Origin: Balanoglossus misakiensis
Taxonomy: Eukaryota; Animalia; Hemichordata
Assembly: GCA_040954595.2 (NCBI GenBank)
Contig: CM082576.2
Span: forward strand, 20,569,028 to 20,633,027
Reading direction: 5' to 3'
DNA: 64,000 bases
The translations under genes and the position numbers were made by a program. The notes under the pieces are model-generated. The model ran no database searches, was not told the origin of the DNA, and saw only the letters and a program-made list of their open reading frames with translations. Positions 62,901-64,000 of this stretch are shown piece after piece. Every line of letters begins with the position of its first letter. Positions within the stretch are counted from its first letter, which is position 1.

Positions 62901-64000
62901 ATTTTTGTAAAATGGCCTCAAAAATAAGAATTTTGGGAGGTTTGTCATATTTTTTCACCATTGTAGAATCTAAATGTTCTGAATTATTTTATTTTTAGCA
63001 ATTTTGAGATTGATTCATGTTCGGTATGATAATCGCATGTCAATACAACTGTTACATTAAAGGAAAAGTTCAAATCCGCCTAAAACCACATTGCATTGGT
63101 ACCTAGTTAAGTTGTCCTCACTTTTGACGCAAAATTTTGATGTGCAATGCACGTGTCTGTGAAATTGACGAATAAAAAAATTGTATACCAGTGCAAAATT
63201 AAAAACTCCCTGTGCAGCCTTCTTGGCAACTGCATGCTGGGAAAAGTACTCGGATGATGACAAAAAAGTTTTGGGGTTCCGTGTAGTGCTACCCCGGAAT
63301 ACAATGTTGGGTGCAGACTACAACTTTGGAAAAGAGATGCAGAATGTCATGTGATATAGTAGTGAAAACAAATACACGTTGGTTCACGTATTTCAGCTCT
63401 CAGCAATCAGGGTGCATTGAAAGGCCTTGATTGGTGTGATATTCACAATTGATGATTATAAATACTTACAGTTGTATACTGTTTTATTTTGTAAATATTG
63501 TGTACATTTGCAGCAATGAATCCGTGCGAACACAAACCTTAACCCATGCCGGAATGCTGGTACTTGCCAAGCAATCCAGGGATCTTGGACAGGCGTCACA
63601 TGTCAATGTGCTGGCTGCTACCTGGGCTTCACATGTGAAACACGTGAGTACAGTACTTTGTCATTTATTAAAAAATCTAAGTGCTGAGGTACATTGTAGT
63701 AATAATAGCAGGTGTAGTCATTATCATCATCATCATCATCATCATCTTTAAGTCAGTCAGTATGATCGGTAATAAAAACAGTAAAATCACCAGTATAAAA
63801 ATATAACAGAGAAATAATGAACGTGTACTGGTGTTACCATAGGTAAGTGTTGTATAAAATTTTGAATTCCTGTCTTCCAGTTCCTAATCCATGCTTCAAT
63901 AGTCCTTGTCTCAATGGAGGTACCTGCCAACAACAGGCAAATTCTTGTACTGCCACCATTGGCATGTGCACAGAGTGTTACTAGGGAAACAGGTGTGAGA
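59929..64000 (+). pseudogene. Cys-rich repeat + EGF-like repeat protein pseudogene fragment, copy 4 (partial)
   Basis: A0 59929-60161, A1-A3, E1 and E2; A4 deleted as in copy 3; same TAA/TAG stops. Confidence 0.85.
60587..64000 (+). repeat. ~20-kb tandem unit, copy 4 (partial, runs off window)
   Basis: Near-identical to 39569-42982, including two deletions shared only with copy 3. Confidence 0.95.

Overview
AT-rich, intron-containing animal genomic DNA; the TE repertoire suggests a marine invertebrate (inference). No prokaryotic features, RNA genes or CRISPR arrays were seen. The window is about 3.2 head-to-tail copies of a ~20-kb unit: position 1 recurs at 20252, 39569 and 60587 (periods 20251, 19317, 21018). 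Each unit carries a + strand multi-exon pseudogene fragment of a Cys-rich extracellular protein. It has up to 5 exons of GCC2/GCC3 (ephrin-receptor-like) repeats, then up to 14 phase 1-1 exons that each encode an unusual 8-cysteine EGF-like module. Stops and frameshifts are shared by all copies, and each copy has lost a different set of exons through microhomology-bounded deletions. Introns hold many TEs: one intact L2/CR1-group LINE (the only credible intact ORF, unit 1 only), truncated LINEs, a Gypsy remnant, Helentron-type elements with ~238-bp arrays, and P-, Academ-, piggyBac-, Kolobok-, Mutator- and Crypton-like non-autonomous elements. Comparing the units by eye exposes empty and filled sites, an insertion hotspot, templated insertions and a template-switch inversion. 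Family names come from terminal and TSD structure, not database searches.
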